From an uncultured beta proteobacterium (GTDB lineage: Bacteria > Pseudomonadota > Gammaproteobacteria > Burkholderiales > Burkholderiaceae), in contig CAWCZW010000010.1 in assembly GCA_963800185.1 (NCBI GenBank), positions 3,533-67,532 of the forward strand: DNA of 64,000 nt. The letters run 5' to 3'. The translations under genes and the position numbers were made by a program. This document shows positions 36,923 to 49,695 of this stretch, one piece after another. Each line of letters starts with the position of its first letter. The stretch's first letter is position 1. The notes under the pieces were generated by a model. The model was not told the origin of the DNA. It was given only the letters and a program-made list of their open reading frames with translations, and did no database searches.

Positions 36923-37001
36923 CACACTCACCTGAGTCTTTATTTAACCGCGCCACACATAGTTCGTTGCGCGGGATGGGGTCACCACCAAAGCGCCCTG
37001 C

Positions 37002-37784
37002 TTACCCGGCGACGCTCGTTGCGGCCGCCGCCTTGCAGATCGCCAGGAAATCCTGGTCTTTCAACGACGCGCCGCCAATCAGGCCACCGTCGATATCCGG
37101 TTGACGGAACAGTTCTTCCGCGTTTTCCGGCTTCACACTGCCGCCGTACAGCAACGGCACACTCGCTACTGCCTCGCCCTTTGCCGCCAGACGCGCACGC
37201 AGAAACGCGTGGACTGCCTGCGCCTGCTCCGACGTTGCGCTCTTGCCCGTGCCGATCGCCCATACCGGCTCGTAGGCTACAACCAGACGAGCCGCTTCCT
37301 GCACCGACAACTTCGCCAGCACTTCGTCGAGCTGCGAGCCGACTACCTGCTCGGTCAAACCCGCTTCGCGCTCTTCAAGCGTTTCACCGACGCAGACGAT
37401 CGGCGTCAAACCCGCTTCCAGCGCGCGCTGCGTTTTCACCGCCACCAGTTCAGCGCTTTCGCGATGATAGGCACGGCGCTCCGAGTGCCCGACGATAGCG
37501 AGCGTGGCGCCGAAATCCACGACCATCGGCGCAGCCACTTCACCGGTATAGGCGCCGTGCGTGAATGCGGACACGTCCTGCACGCCCCACACGACCCGAC
37601 CGCCTTCCAGCAACGACTGGGTTTGCGCGAGATAAAGGCTCGGCACACACACGCCGACGCGTACGTCGGCCGGCAATTCGTCCGCGCCTTGCGACACAGC
37701 CTGCAACAGCGTGGCATTGGCGGCGAGACGCCCGTGCATTTTCCAGTTACCGACTACCAGCTTGGCTCGTTGTTGTTTCGACAT
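37002..37784 (-). CDS. tpiA: Triosephosphate isomerase
   Basis: [38 protein letters not shown]. Confidence 0.97.
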   Translation of the reverse strand: MSKQQRAKLVVGNWKMHGRLAANATLLQAVSQGADELPADVRVGVCVPSLYLAQTQSLLEGGRVVWGVQDVSAFTHGAYTGEVAAPMVVDFGATLAIVGHSERRAYHRESAELVAVKTQRALEAGLTPIVCVGETLEEREAGLTEQVVGSQLDEVLAKLSVQEAARLVVAYEPVWAIGTGKSATSEQAQAVHAFLRARLAAKGEAVASVPLLYGGSVKPENAEELFRQPDIDGGLIGGASLKDQDFLAICKAAAATSVAG

Positions 37785-37945
37785 CGTCTCGTCTTATCTT
37801 GTCTTACCTTGGCGGCGGACTTCGTTTGCGCTTACAGCCCGCCTTTCGGATTCATTCGGCGTGCGCAAAACGCGCAATTTTACTGCGCTGGGGTGGATCG
37901 GGTCAAACAGACCGTGTCTAACCGACCGTGTCAAACCGGCGCGTG

Positions 37946-38963
37946 TCAACCATCCTGACCCCAAGCCAGCACGATCTTGCCGACATGCGTGCTGCTTTCC
38001 ATCAACGCATGCGCCTCGGCGGCCTGAGCAGCGGGAAACACGCGATGAATCACCGGCTTGATGCGGCCCGCTTCGAGATGCGGCCACACCTGCTCTTTCA
38101 GTTGCGCGGCGATTTTCGCCTTGAATTCAACCGGTCGCGGACGCAGCGTCGACCCGGTCACCGTCAGACGGCGACGCAATACTGTCGTTCAGATTCAATT
38201 CCGCCTTCGCCCCGCCGAGCAACGCGATCACCACGATCCGGCCACCGTCGGCCAACGCGGTGAGCTCGCGCGGCACGTAGCTGCCCGCCACCATGTCGAG
38301 AATCACATCGACGCCGCGATCGTGGGTCAGCGACTTGATGACTTCGACGAAATCTTCAGTCTTGTAGTTGATCGCCCGCTCGGCGCCCAATGCTTCGCAC
38401 GCACGGCACTTTTCGTCCGATCCGGCGGTTGCGAACACCCGAAAACCGAGCGCGTGTGCGATCTGGATTGCCGTCACGCCGATGCCGCTCGAACCGCCCT
38501 GCACCAGCAGCGTTTCATTCGGCGCGCCTTCGCCGTGGCCAAGTCGCGCGCGGTCGAACACATTGCTCCACACCGTGAAGAACGTCTCGGGCAACGAAGC
38601 CGCCTCGATATCCGACAAGCCCGCCGGCACCGGCAAGCATTGCAGCAACGGTGCGCTCGCATATTCCGCGTAACCGCCGCCCGCCAGCAGCGCGCAGACG
38701 CGATCGCCGATCTTCAGACCAAACGGATTGTTCTTCTCGTCGATCGTACCGCCGACAATCTCACCCGCCACCTCGAGCCCCGGCAGATCCGACGCGCCCG
38801 GCGGCGGCGCATAACCGCCTTTGCGCTGGAACACATCCGGCCGGTTGATGCCGGATGCCGCCACCTTGATCAGCACCTCGCCCGCTTTCAACTGCGGCGT
38901 GGGCCGCTCGGCGAGCTTGAGGACGTCCGGTGCACCGAATTCGGTGATTTCGATCGCTTTCAT
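37946..38963 (-). CDS. NAD(P)H-quinone oxidoreductase, PIG3-like (frameshift near 38185)
   Basis: GINRPDVFQRKG.Y, PGLEVAG, PETFFTVWSN, QGGSSGIG, HVGKIVL. Confidence 0.9.
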
Positions 38964-39123
38964 CTGCGTCAACTCCAAGATTGGATTGCGTTGCACACCC
39001 GTTGCACGTCGCGGCCCGCCGTTCATGAAGCGCAATCGTCTAACCTTCGACAACACGCTCCGCACAAACAGAGTACCCGCTTGTCTCTGTTTGCACGCGC
39101 CTGCAACGCAATCCACCCTGCAT

Positions 39124-39163
39124 AAAAAACGGCCGGCGCGTATTCACGCTGCCGGCCGTTGTT
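39124..39163 (-). terminator. pnp terminator
   Basis: AAAAAACGGCCGGC...GCCGGCCGTT hairpin with U-tract on minus strand. Confidence 0.75.
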
Positions 39164-39174
39164 CCGCTACCGCA

Positions 39175-41309
39175 TTACTGCGGCGTCGGCTCGCCCTGCG
39201 GCGCGTCGTTCAGCAACGCCTTGGCCGACAAACGCACACGACCCTTCTCGTCCGTCTGGATGACCTTGACCTTCACTTGCTGGCCGTCCTTCAGGTAGTC
39301 GTTGATGTCCTTGATACGCTCGTTGGCGATTTCGGAGATATGCAGCAGACCGTCCTTGCCCGGCAGGATGTTCACGATCGCGCCGAAATCGAGCAGCTTG
39401 AGCACGGTGCCTTCGTACACCTGGCCCACTTCGACTTCCAGCGTGATGTTCTCGATACGCTTCTTCGCTTCGGCCATCCCTTCGCTGCTCGTGCTGGCGA
39501 TGGTGACGACGCCGTCGTCCGAAATATCGATCGTCGTGCCGGTTTCTTCGGTCAGCGCGCGGATCACCGAACCACCCTTGCCGATCACGTCGCGGATCTT
39601 TTCCGGATTGATCTTGATGGTGATCATGCGCGGTGCGTAGTCCGACAGCACCGTGTTCGCGCCCGACACAGCCGAGGTCATCTTGCCGAGGATGTGCATG
39701 CGGCCTTCCTTCGCTTGCGCGAGGGCGACCTGCATGATTTCCTTCGTGATGCCCTGGATCTTGATGTCCATCTGCAGCGCGGTCACGCCTTGTTCCGTAC
39801 CCGCCACCTTGAAGTCCATGTCGCCGAGGTGATCTTCGTCGCCGAGGATGTCGGTCAGCACGGCAAACTGTTGCCTTCCAGGATCAGGCCCATCGCGATG
39901 CCGGCGACGTGCGCCTTCATCGGCACGCCGGCGTCCATCAGCGCGAGGCAGCCGCCGCACACCGAAGCCATCGACGACGAACCGTTCGATTCCGTGATTT
40001 CCGACACAACGCGAATCGAGTAGCCGAATTCGTCGGCGCTCGGCAGGCAGGCAGCCAGCGCGCGCTTGGCCAGACGGCCGTGACCGATTTCACGGCGCTT
40101 CGGCGAACCGACGCGGCCCGTTTCGCCGGTCGCGAACGGAGGCATGTTGTAGTGGAGCATGAAGCGTTCGCGGTACTCGCCTTCGAGCGCGTCGATGTTC
40201 TGCTCGTCGCCCTTCGTGCCCAGCGTCGCCACCACCAGCGCCTGCGTTTCGCCGCGCGTGAACAGTGCCGAACCGTGGGTACGCGGCAGCACGCCGGTAC
40301 GGATTTCGATCGGGCGCACGGTGCGCGTGTCGCGGCCGTCGATACGCGGCTCGCCGTTCAGGATCTGCGTACGGACGATCTTCGCTTCGATGTCGAACAG
40401 CACGTTGCCGACGGTTGCCTTGTCGGCCGCTGCCGTGCCGCTTGCCGCTGCGTCTTCTTCGAGCTTGGCCGACGTCGCTGCGTAGACTTCCTTCAGCTTG
40501 GCCGAACGCGCCTGCTTGTCGCGGATCTGGTAGGCCGCGAGCAGGTCGGCTTGCGCCAGTTCCGTCACGCGTGCGATCAGCGGTTCGTTCTTCGCTGCCG
40601 GCTTCCAGTCCCATTCCGGCTTGCCGCCTTCACGGACGAGTTCGTGGATCGCGTCGATCGCGATCTGCATCTGCTCGTGACCGAACACGACGCCGCCGAG
40701 CATCACTTCTTCGCTCAGTTGCTGCGCTTCCGATTCCACCATCAGCACCGCGCGTTCCGTACCGGCGACGATCAGGTCGAGCGCCGATTCCTTCATTTGC
40801 GGACGCGTCGGGTTCAACACGTATTCGTTGTTGATGTAAGCCACGCGTGCTGCGCCGACCGGGCCGTTGAACGGCAGACCGGACACGGCGAGTGCCGCCG
40901 ACGCGCCGATCAGCGCGGGAATGTCAGCGGGGATTTCCGGGTTCAGCGACAGGACGTGGATCACGACCTGGACTTCGTTGTAGAAGCCTTCCGGGAACAG
41001 CGGGCGCAGCGGACGGTCGATCAGGCGCGAAGTCAGCGTTTCGCCTTCCGACGGACGGCCTTCGCGACGGAAGAAGCCACCCGGGATCTTGCCGGCTGCG
41101 TAGGTCTTTTCGAGGTAATCGACGGTCAGCGGGAAGAAGTCCTGGCCCGGCTTGGCCGTTTTGGCGCCGACCACGGTTGCCAGCACGACGGTGTCTTCGA
41201 CGTCGACGATCACCGCACCGCTCGCCTGACGGGCGATTTCACCGGTTTCGAGGCGAACGTTGTGTTGTCCCCACTTGAACTCTTTGACGATCTTATTGAA
41301 CATAGTCAT
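39175..41309 (-). CDS. pnp: Polyribonucleotide nucleotidyltransferase (frameshift near 39870)
   Basis: [25 protein letters not shown]-type [23 protein letters not shown] and S1 domains. Confidence 0.96.
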
Positions 41310-41616
41310 TGCTTTTCCTCTTCGTAATGCCGCGCGGACCAGAAGCGGCGCGGCAACGCCAGGACCGGCGCCACATGGGAAGAGTAGTGTTATGCCATTC
41401 CAGAGAACCACGCCCTACGTCGAGTACGCGCGCGAACCGCTGGAATGACACAAAGCTCCGCCCTGAAGCCCGGCCGTATTTCTTTTTGCTACTTTTTCTA
41501 CTGCTTTTTCTGCTACTTCTTCACTGCCCTGCTTTTTCCTGCCTCCGCCGCATGAATCAGCACGCTACTGCGGATGACAGGCAATGCGCGTCACATGAAG
41601 CGCACCGCGCAAAAAC

Positions 41617-41652
41617 AAAATGCCTGTATCAGTGGAACTGACACAGGCATCT
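41617..41652 (-). terminator. rpsO terminator
   Basis: ATGCCTGT...ACAGGCAT stem with TTTTGTTTTT on minus strand. Confidence 0.7.
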
Positions 41653-41670
41653 TGCTGAACGACTGGCCGA

Positions 41671-41943
41671 TTACTTACGCAGACCCAGCTTCTCGATCAG
41701 GGTGCGGTAACGATCCGCGTCCTTACCCTTCAGGTAGTCGAGCAGCTTACGACGGCGGCTCACCATGCGCAGCAGACCGCGGCGGCTGTGGTGATCCTTC
41801 GAGTGTGCCTTGAAGTGAACGGTCAGTTCGTTGATGCGGGTCGTGAGCAGCGCGACCTGAACTTCGGGGCTGCCGGTGTCGTTAGCTGCGCGTGCGAATT
41901 GCGCAACGACGTCGGACTTCTTGCTTGTTTCAACTGCGGACAT
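41671..41943 (-). CDS. rpsO: 30S ribosomal protein S15
   Basis: [35 protein letters not shown]. Confidence 0.97.
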   Translation of the reverse strand: MSAVETSKKSDVVAQFARAANDTGSPEVQVALLTTRINELTVHFKAHSKDHHSRRGLLRMVSRRRKLLDYLKGKDADRYRTLIEKLGLRK

Positions 41944-42135
41944 GTCGATTTCCTTAAGAACTAGACAGGCGGTCACGGAAGAAAGGCCGTGCCGTGGATT
42001 ACCCCGTTTGCCGGGCAGCGAGCCTCTTAACGAGACGGCACTGCCTTACAACGGGACGCGTATTGTAGCACAGCACGATCCGGCCGCGAACCCCGCTGGC
42101 CGGATCGTGCGACGCACGCAGATGCTACGCGGTCC

Positions 42136-43469
42136 TCAGGGCCGCTGCATCTTGCAGACAGTCGGCAAAACGGTACGCCCGGCCGGCAAAGTCAGCACCG
42201 TGCGGAATCCGTAGCCGGAGCCTTCGTTATCGAAATGCACGCCCGGCGTGCCGGCTTTGTCCATTTGCATCACATAAAGGGGCTGGATCAGTTGATGGTC
42301 GTCGGCGCGCATCCACGAGGCGTGGAAGCCGTTGTCGAAGCGGATTCCTTCGAGCGCGCGGGCCACTGCCGTCGGGTCGGCGCTGCCGGCGCGGCTCATC
42401 GCCGCGGCGAGCGTTTCGACCATCAACGGCATGCGCAGCACCGGGTAATCGTCCTGGGCAGCCGGAAAACGGGCCCGGAAGGCGGCGTACCACGCGTCGG
42501 AGGCCGCGCCGCCCGCATTCGGATGCCAGTCGGCAACCGCGATCACGTGGCCGACGCCCGCGTCGCCCAGCGCGGCCGGCGCGCCCAGACTGTTGCCATA
42601 GAACGTGTAGAACTTCGTGTCCAGCCCCTGCTCGCGGGCCGCCTTGACCAGCAGCGTCAGGTCGTTGCCCCAGTTGCCGGTGATCACGGCGTCCGCGCCG
42701 CTCGCGCGAATCTTGGCGATATAGGGCGCGAAATCCTTCACGCGGCCAATTGGATGGAATTCGTCGCCGACCACCGCTATATCGGGGCGTTTCGTCGCCA
42801 GCGTCGACCGCGCGAGACTGCTGACGTCGTGGCCGAAGCTGTAATCCTGATTCAGCAGATACACCTTCTTCACCGCTTTATCGCGCTGGATCACGTCGGC
42901 TAGCGCGTCCATGCGCATGCCCGCATGCGCGTCGAAGCGGAAGTGCCAGAAGCTGCAGTTGGCGTTGGTCAGCGCGGGGTCGTCGGCGGAATAGTTGAGG
43001 AACAGCTCGCGATTGCCCGGCTCGCGGCTGTTCTGCTTGTCGATCGCGCCGATCAGCGCGGCAGCGACCGCCGAGCTGTTGCCCTGCATGATGTAGCCGA
43101 TATGACGGTCGGCGGCCGCGCGCAGTTGCGTGAGCGCTTCTTCGGTGCTGCCCTTGCTGTCGAGCACGACCAGCTCGAACGGATGCGCGCCGTCGGCAAG
43201 CTTCACGCCGCCCTGCGCATTCACCTGCTCGACGCCGAAACGCAGATTGCGCTCGACCGCCGCGCCCGCGTTCGCGAACGGGCCGGACATGCCTTCGATC
43301 AACGCCAGCTGGATCGGCGCGCCCGTGGGGTTGCCGCCCGGCTTGCCCTGCACGGCTGCGGCCGCGCTCGCGGTCGGGTTTGCTGCTGCGCCCGCTGCCG
43401 CGTCAGCCGCCGCCGGCCATCGAAATTGCCACCAGCGCACGCTGCCGCCGCACGTTGCCACTTCGCCAT
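42136..43469 (-). CDS. Branched-chain amino acid ABC transporter substrate-binding protein (signal-peptide region frameshifted; start approximate)
   Basis: LIEGMSGPFAN, CSFWHFRFDA, NQDYSFG, ITGNWGND; Leu/Ile/Val-binding fold. Confidence 0.8.
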
Positions 43470-43660
43470 CGCCATCTGCCCCGCTCGAATCACCAAAGCG
43501 CGGATCATAGGACGAGCCGGACGGAATAAGCAAGCCGCCGCATCCGTTACCGTACTTCGCGCCGGAGCTTGCACGAGACGCGGCTCTTTTGCCGCAGCGC
43601 GTGTCAAAATAATGTGTCTCGATGATAAAAACTGCTACCTGGATGCCATCGGAGGAAACC

Positions 43661-44212
43661 ATGTTCAACCGCCACCGCTTCACGGCGGCCTCGATTGCGG
43701 CGCCCGCCGCCGGACGGATGCGCCGAGCGGCGCTCGTCTGCCTGAGCGCATTGGCGCTGGCCGGCTGCGTACAGCCCTGGCAGCAATACCAGCAAGGCGC
43801 TGACGCATCGACCATCGTCGCGCGCCTCGGGCCGCCGCGCGAAACCTACGACCTGCCGAACGGCGGCAAGCGCCTGATGTGGCCGACCCAGCCAATGGGC
43901 GAAACCACCACCGCCGCCGACATCGACGCAGCCGGCAAGATCGTGAATGTGCGTCAGGTGCTGCAGCCCAACGAGTTCTACCGGGCGGAAATCGGCAAAT
44001 GGACCAAGAGCGACGTGCTGGTGAATTTCGGCCGCCCGGTCGAGACCGCGTATTTCCCGCTGATGAAGCGCGAAGTCTGGACCTACCGGTATCTGGAAGA
44101 CAACGTCTGGTACATGATGTACAGCTTCTATTTCGACGAACAGGGCATTGTGCGGCTGACGCAGAAAACGCCTGATCCGTTGCACGATCCGGATCGGCGC
44201 GCACTGTTCTGA
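43661..44212 (+). CDS. Hypothetical lipoprotein (SmpA/OmlA-like repeats)
   Basis: Lipobox LAGC; duplicated LGPP / FGRP...WTYRY motifs. Confidence 0.65.
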   Translation: MFNRHRFTAASIAAPAAGRMRRAALVCLSALALAGCVQPWQQYQQGADASTIVARLGPPRETYDLPNGGKRLMWPTQPMGETTTAADIDAAGKIVNVRQVLQPNEFYRAEIGKWTKSDVLVNFGRPVETAYFPLMKREVWTYRYLEDNVWYMMYSFYFDEQGIVRLTQKTPDPLHDPDRRALF

Positions 44213-44248
44213 AAGCACTGGCCCAACGTGGATCTGGCGCGGTAAAAC

Positions 44249-44284
44249 AAAAGCCCCGTGCGGCTTCAACGCACGGGGCTTTTC
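44249..44284. terminator. Bidirectional terminator
   Basis: AAAAGCCCCGTGCG...CGCACGGGGCTTTT. Confidence 0.88.
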
Positions 44285-44309
44285 ATTTTCACGACGCAAC
44301 GCCTCTAAC

Positions 44310-45859
44310 TCACTCCGAACGCTGCGGGTTCAGCTTATCCACGTTCGAATACAGCTTGTTGAGCGCCGAGATATACGCCTTCGCGGAAGCCGCGACGATA
44401 TCCGGATCCGTGCCCACGCCATTGACGATGCGCCCGCTCTTCGACAGCCGCACCGTCACTTCGCCCTGCGCCTGCGTGCCGGTCGTAATCGCGTTGACCG
44501 AGTACAGCAGCAGCTCCGAACCACTGCCCACTTCCGTTTCGATCGCGTTGAGCGTCGCGTCGACCGGACCGTTGCCGCGCGCTTCGCCGGTGATCTCCTT
44601 GCCCTCCATCGAAAACACGATCTTCGCGTGCGGCTGCTCGCCGGTTTCCGAATGCTGCGACAGCGACAGGAACTTGTAGTGCTCCTTCTCCTGCGCCTCC
44701 GCCGATTCCTCGGTGACGATCGCGATGATGTCTTCGTCGAAAATTTCCGACTTGCGGTCGGCCAGTTCCTTGAAGCGCGCGAACGCCGTGTTCAGTTCGG
44801 CCTTCGCTATCGAGCGCGATGCCGAGTTCCTGCAAGCGCTGCTTGAACGCGTTGCGGCCCGACAGCTTGCCGAGCACGATCTTGTTGGCGCTCCAGCCCA
44901 CGTCTTCGGCACGCATGATTTCGTAGGTGTCGCGCGCCTTCAGCACGCCGTCCTGGTGAATGCCGGAGGCATGCGCAAACGCATTCGCGCCGACCACCGC
45001 CTTGTTCGGCTGCACGACGAAACCGGTGATCTGCGACACCAGCTTCGAGGCCGGCACGATCTGCGTCGTATCGAGGCCGATATCCAGCCCGAAGTAATCC
45101 TTGCGCGTCTTCACCGCCATCACGATTTCTTCGAGCGACGTGTTGCCCGCGCGCTCGCCGAGACCGTTGATCGTGCACTCGACCTGCCGCGCGCCGCCGA
45201 TCTGCACGCCGGCCAGCGAATTCGCGACCGCCATGCCGAGGTCGTTATGGCAATGCACCGAGAACACCGCCTTGTGCGAGTTCGGAATGCGCTCGCGCAG
45301 CGTTTTCACGAGCTGGCCGTACAGCTCCGGCACGCCGTAACCGACCGTATCCGCGATGTTGATCGTGGTCGCGCCCTCGGCGATCACCGCTTCCAGCACG
45401 CGGCACAGAAAATCCATGTCCGAGCGGCTGCCGTCTTCCGGCGAGAACTCGACGTCGTCGGTGAACTTGCGGGCAAAACGCACCGCCAGCCTGGCCTGCT
45501 CGAACACCTGATCCGGCGTCATGCGCAGCTTCTTTTCCATATGCAGCGGCGACGTCGCGATGAACGTGTGGATGCGGAAATGATCGGCCGGCTTGAGCGC
45601 GTCGGCAGCGCGCTGGATGTCTTTGTCGTTCGCGCGGGCGAGCGAGCAGACCGTGCTGTCCTTGATCATGCCCGGCGATCGTCTGGATCGCGTCGAAGTC
45701 GCCATTCGAACTGGCCGCGAAGCCGGCTTCGATCACGTCCACCTTCATCCGCTCGAGTTGCTTCGCGATGCGGATTTTTTCTTCCTTCGTCATCGACGCG
45801 CCGGGCGATTGCTCGCCGTCGCGCAACGTGGTGTCGAATATGATCAGTTTGTCGGACAT
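44310..45859 (-). CDS. leuA: 2-isopropylmalate synthase (frameshifts near 45675 and 44805)
   Basis: [45 protein letters not shown] regulatory domain. Confidence 0.95.
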
Positions 45860-46022
45860 GTCGGGGCTCCTGGGGAGTCGTTCGATTGTGGGGATCGGAT
45901 AGTGGAATTCTGGCGTGTTCGCGTCACCGCTGGCGACGCTCAGTCGGCGAAAGCTGCAGGCGGACGGGCAAACAGGCGGCTACGAAGACTGGCACGGCGG
46001 TCGGCGTGGCGCTCGGCACGGC

Positions 46023-46133
46023 TCATGGACTCCAGGATCGCGGCCACGCCAGCACGGTCGGCTGCTGCGACCAACGGCTTGCAGAGGCTCGCCGGATCGC
46101 CGGCGGCTCAAACGGAAACGTGAACGCACTCAT
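46023..46133 (-). CDS. Putative leaderless 36-aa upstream ORF in leuA leader
   Basis: ATG sits 7 nt after the -10 of a good sigma70 promoter; MSAFTFPFEPPAIRRASASRWSQQPTVLAWPRSWSP. Confidence 0.4.
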   Translation of the reverse strand: MSAFTFPFEPPAIRRASASRWSQQPTVLAWPRSWSP

Positions 46134-46139
46134 CGAACG

Positions 46140-46168
46140 ACTATAACGGCATTCCCACCACCGTGCAA
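46140..46168 (-). promoter_or_regulatory. Sigma70 promoter for leuA region
   Basis: TTGCAC (46168-46163), 17 nt, TATAGT (46145-46140). Confidence 0.65.
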
Positions 46169-46218
46169 TTAGCGTCAGACCTGCCTGCAAACGGCGCTGC
46201 GAAGGCTCTGTCCAAACG

Positions 46219-46248
46219 AAAAACGGCAGCCCGAAGGCCGCCGTTTTT
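46219..46248. terminator. pssA terminator
   Basis: AAAAACGGC-AGCCCGAAGGCC-GCCGTTTTT. Confidence 0.75.
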
Positions 46249-46284
46249 CATGTCGATGCGCACGGTAAGCGCCGCGCGCGCACG

Positions 46285-47154
46285 TTACCTGTCCTGCGCC
46301 ACCGAACGCGCCGGATTCGCCCGGCCCCGCAACGCCTGATAACCCCAGAACACATAGCCGGACAGACCGTACAGCACGAACAGGCCGAACAGCATCAGCG
46401 GCGGATCGGACGACACCAGCACGAACGCGACCACCACCAGCAGAATCACGCCGAACGGCACGCGATGCCGCACGTCGAGCGCCTTGCCGCTGTAGAACGG
46501 CGCGTTCGACACCATCGTCACGCCCGCATAAATGGTCAGCACGAACGCGACCCACGGCAGCCAGACCAGCTTGAGCGGCACGCGGTTGTCGGTGGCGAGC
46601 CACACGAAACCGGCGATCAGCGCCGCCGCAGCCGGACTCGGCATGCCCTGGAAGAAGCGCTTGTCGACCACGCCGATGTTCGTGTTGAAGCGCGCAAGCC
46701 GCAACGCCGCACCCGAACAGTAGACGAACGCCGCGAGCCAGCCCCAGCGGCCGAGGTCCTTCAGAATCCACTCGTACATCACGAGCGCCGGCGCCACGCC
46801 GAACGACACCATGTCCGACAGGCTGTCGAACTGCTCGCCGAACGCGCTTTGCGTGTGCGTCATGCGGGCGACGCGGCCGTCCATGCCGTCGAGCACCATC
46901 GCCACGAAGATCGCGATCGCCGCGATTTCGAAGCGCACGTTCATGGCCTGCACGACCGCGAAGAAGCCGCAGAACAGCGCGGCCGTGGTGAACGCGTTCG
47001 GCAGCAGATAAATGCCGCGCTTTCTCAGGAACTGCTGACGCTGCGCGCGCCGGCTGTCGACAGCCGACGACTCCGCCACCATCGGCTTGTTGCGGCGGAA
47101 CGGACGCGGCAGCGGTCCGCTGTTACGGGGTCGACGCGGTTTGAATGCGGCCAT
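46285..47154 (-). CDS. pssA: CDP-diacylglycerol--serine O-phosphatidyltransferase
   Basis: DGMDGRVAR...FGEQFDSLSDMVSFG CDP-alcohol phosphotransferase motif; RLARFN. Confidence 0.93.
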   Translation of the reverse strand: MAAFKPRRPRNSGPLPRPFRRNKPMVAESSAVDSRRAQRQQFLRKRGIYLLPNAFTTAALFCGFFAVVQAMNVRFEIAAIAIFVAMVLDGMDGRVARMTHTQSAFGEQFDSLSDMVSFGVAPALVMYEWILKDLGRWGWLAAFVYCSGAALRLARFNTNIGVVDKRFFQGMPSPAAAALIAGFVWLATDNRVPLKLVWLPWVAFVLTIYAGVTMVSNAPFYSGKALDVRHRVPFGVILLVVVAFVLVSSDPPLMLFGLFVLYGLSGYVFWGYQALRGRANPARSVAQDR

Positions 47155-47178
47155 TCGGAAAACCTCCTGTATGCCGCT

Positions 47179-47817
47179 TTAGAGTTCAGCGAGGATCGTG
47201 GACGACGCCGAGACTTTCTCGCCGATCGACACACGCGGACGGCTGCCCACCGGCAGATACACGTCGACGCGCGAGCCAAACCGGATAAATCCATAACGCT
47301 GGCCACGCGTGAGCGGCTCACCCGCCCGTACGTAGCAAAGAATGCGCCGCGCGATCAGGCCGGCGATCTGCACCGACGTCACCGTCTGGCCGCCGGCCAT
47401 TTCGATCACGACCGCATTGCGTTCGTTTTCGGTCGACGCCTTGTCCACCGCGGCATTCAGATACGCGCCCGGGAAATATTCGACCTTGGAGATCGCGCCA
47501 TCCACCGGCGAGCGTTGCGAGTGGACGTTGAAGACGTTCATGAACACGCTGATCTTCAGCGCTTCACGGTTGGCGTACGGATCATGCGCGGTTTCGACTG
47601 CGACGATGCGGCCGTCCGCCGGGCACAGCACGGCGTTCGCCTGGGTCGGGATCGGCCGGGCCGGGTCGCGGAAGAACTGCACGACGAAGATCAGGATCAG
47701 CCAGAACAGCCACGCAAAGCCGAACCCCGCGAAGGCGTGAACCAGTAATGCAACGACAGCCGCGATGGCGATGAACGGCCAGCCTTCTCGCGCGATGATC
47801 GGATGAGGGTAATTCAT
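47179..47817 (-). CDS. psd: Phosphatidylserine decarboxylase
   Basis: [25 protein letters not shown] autocleavage site. Confidence 0.93.
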   Translation of the reverse strand: MNYPHPIIAREGWPFIAIAAVVALLVHAFAGFGFAWLFWLILIFVVQFFRDPARPIPTQANAVLCPADGRIVAVETAHDPYANREALKISVFMNVFNVHSQRSPVDGAISKVEYFPGAYLNAAVDKASTENERNAVVIEMAGGQTVTSVQIAGLIARRILCYVRAGEPLTRGQRYGFIRFGSRVDVYLPVGSRPRVSIGEKVSASSTILAEL

Positions 47818-47855
47818 GGATGGCTTCTGTATTTTTGTAAAACCGTAGGATAGCA

Positions 47856-47893
47856 AAAGCCGCCCAGGGTTCAGCACCCTTGGACGGCTTTTT
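47856..47893. terminator. ilvC terminator
   Basis: AAAAGCCG...CGGCTTTT flanked imperfect hairpin. Confidence 0.7.
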
Positions 47894-47943
47894 GATTTGT
47901 CCGGCTGCTGACGACGCTGCCGGACCGTTTAAGCAACCAATGC

Positions 47944-48987
<1,044 letters not shown>

Positions 48988-49069
48988 TCAGTGAAATTCA
49001 AATACTGCGAATGATGTGCTGCTGGCCGGGTCAATCGGGTACTGCCCAGCCGTCCGATCGTGACGCGCG

Positions 49070-49561
49070 TCAGACCTTCAGAATGCGCTCGCCGCGCCCG
49101 ATGCCCGAACTGCCCGTACGGACCGTTTCGAGAATCGCCGTGGCGTCGAGCCCTTCGATGAAGGCGTCGAGCTTGTCGCTCGCGCCCGTCAGTTCGATCG
49201 TGTAGGTCTTTTCGGTGACGTCGATGATGCGGCCGCGGAAAATATCCGACATCCGCTTCATCTCCTCACGTTCCTTGCCGACCGCCCTCACCTTGATCAA
49301 CATCAGCTCGCGCTCGATGTGGGCGCCCTCGGTAAGGTCGACCACTTTCACCACCTCGATCAGGCGGTTCAGATGCTTCGTGATCTGTTCGATCACGTCG
49401 TCCGAGCCAATGGAGACGATGGTCATGCGCGACAGCGAACGGTCTTCGGTCGGAGCCACCGTCAAGGTTTCAATGTTGTAGCCGCGTGCCGAGAAGAGAC
49501 CGACCACGCGTGATAACGCGCCCGGTTCGTTTTCCAGCAGGACTGAAATGATGTGTCTCAT
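49070..49561 (-). CDS. ilvH: Acetolactate synthase small subunit
   Basis: ACT domain ENEPGALSRVVGLFSARGYNI; ERELMLIKV. Confidence 0.95.
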   Translation of the reverse strand: MRHIISVLLENEPGALSRVVGLFSARGYNIETLTVAPTEDRSLSRMTIVSIGSDDVIEQITKHLNRLIEVVKVVDLTEGAHIERELMLIKVRAVGKEREEMKRMSDIFRGRIIDVTEKTYTIELTGASDKLDAFIEGLDATAILETVRTGSSGIGRGERILKV

Positions 49562-49695
49562 GTTTCGCTTCTTCCAGATGTTTTGTCGATGTCTGCGAGC
49601 GGTTCGGCGCCGCTTCGGCCGCTCCCGCCTTTTTTGAAGACGTGCGTGACGAAGCCGGCGCTGGGCTTACCTGAATAAGCCCGAACGAACCGCCG

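Noticed and set aside
43470-43815. Long N-terminal extension of the ABC substrate-binding ORF
   Set aside because: Overlaps the divergent lipoprotein gene; the real signal peptide appears in another frame near 43469.
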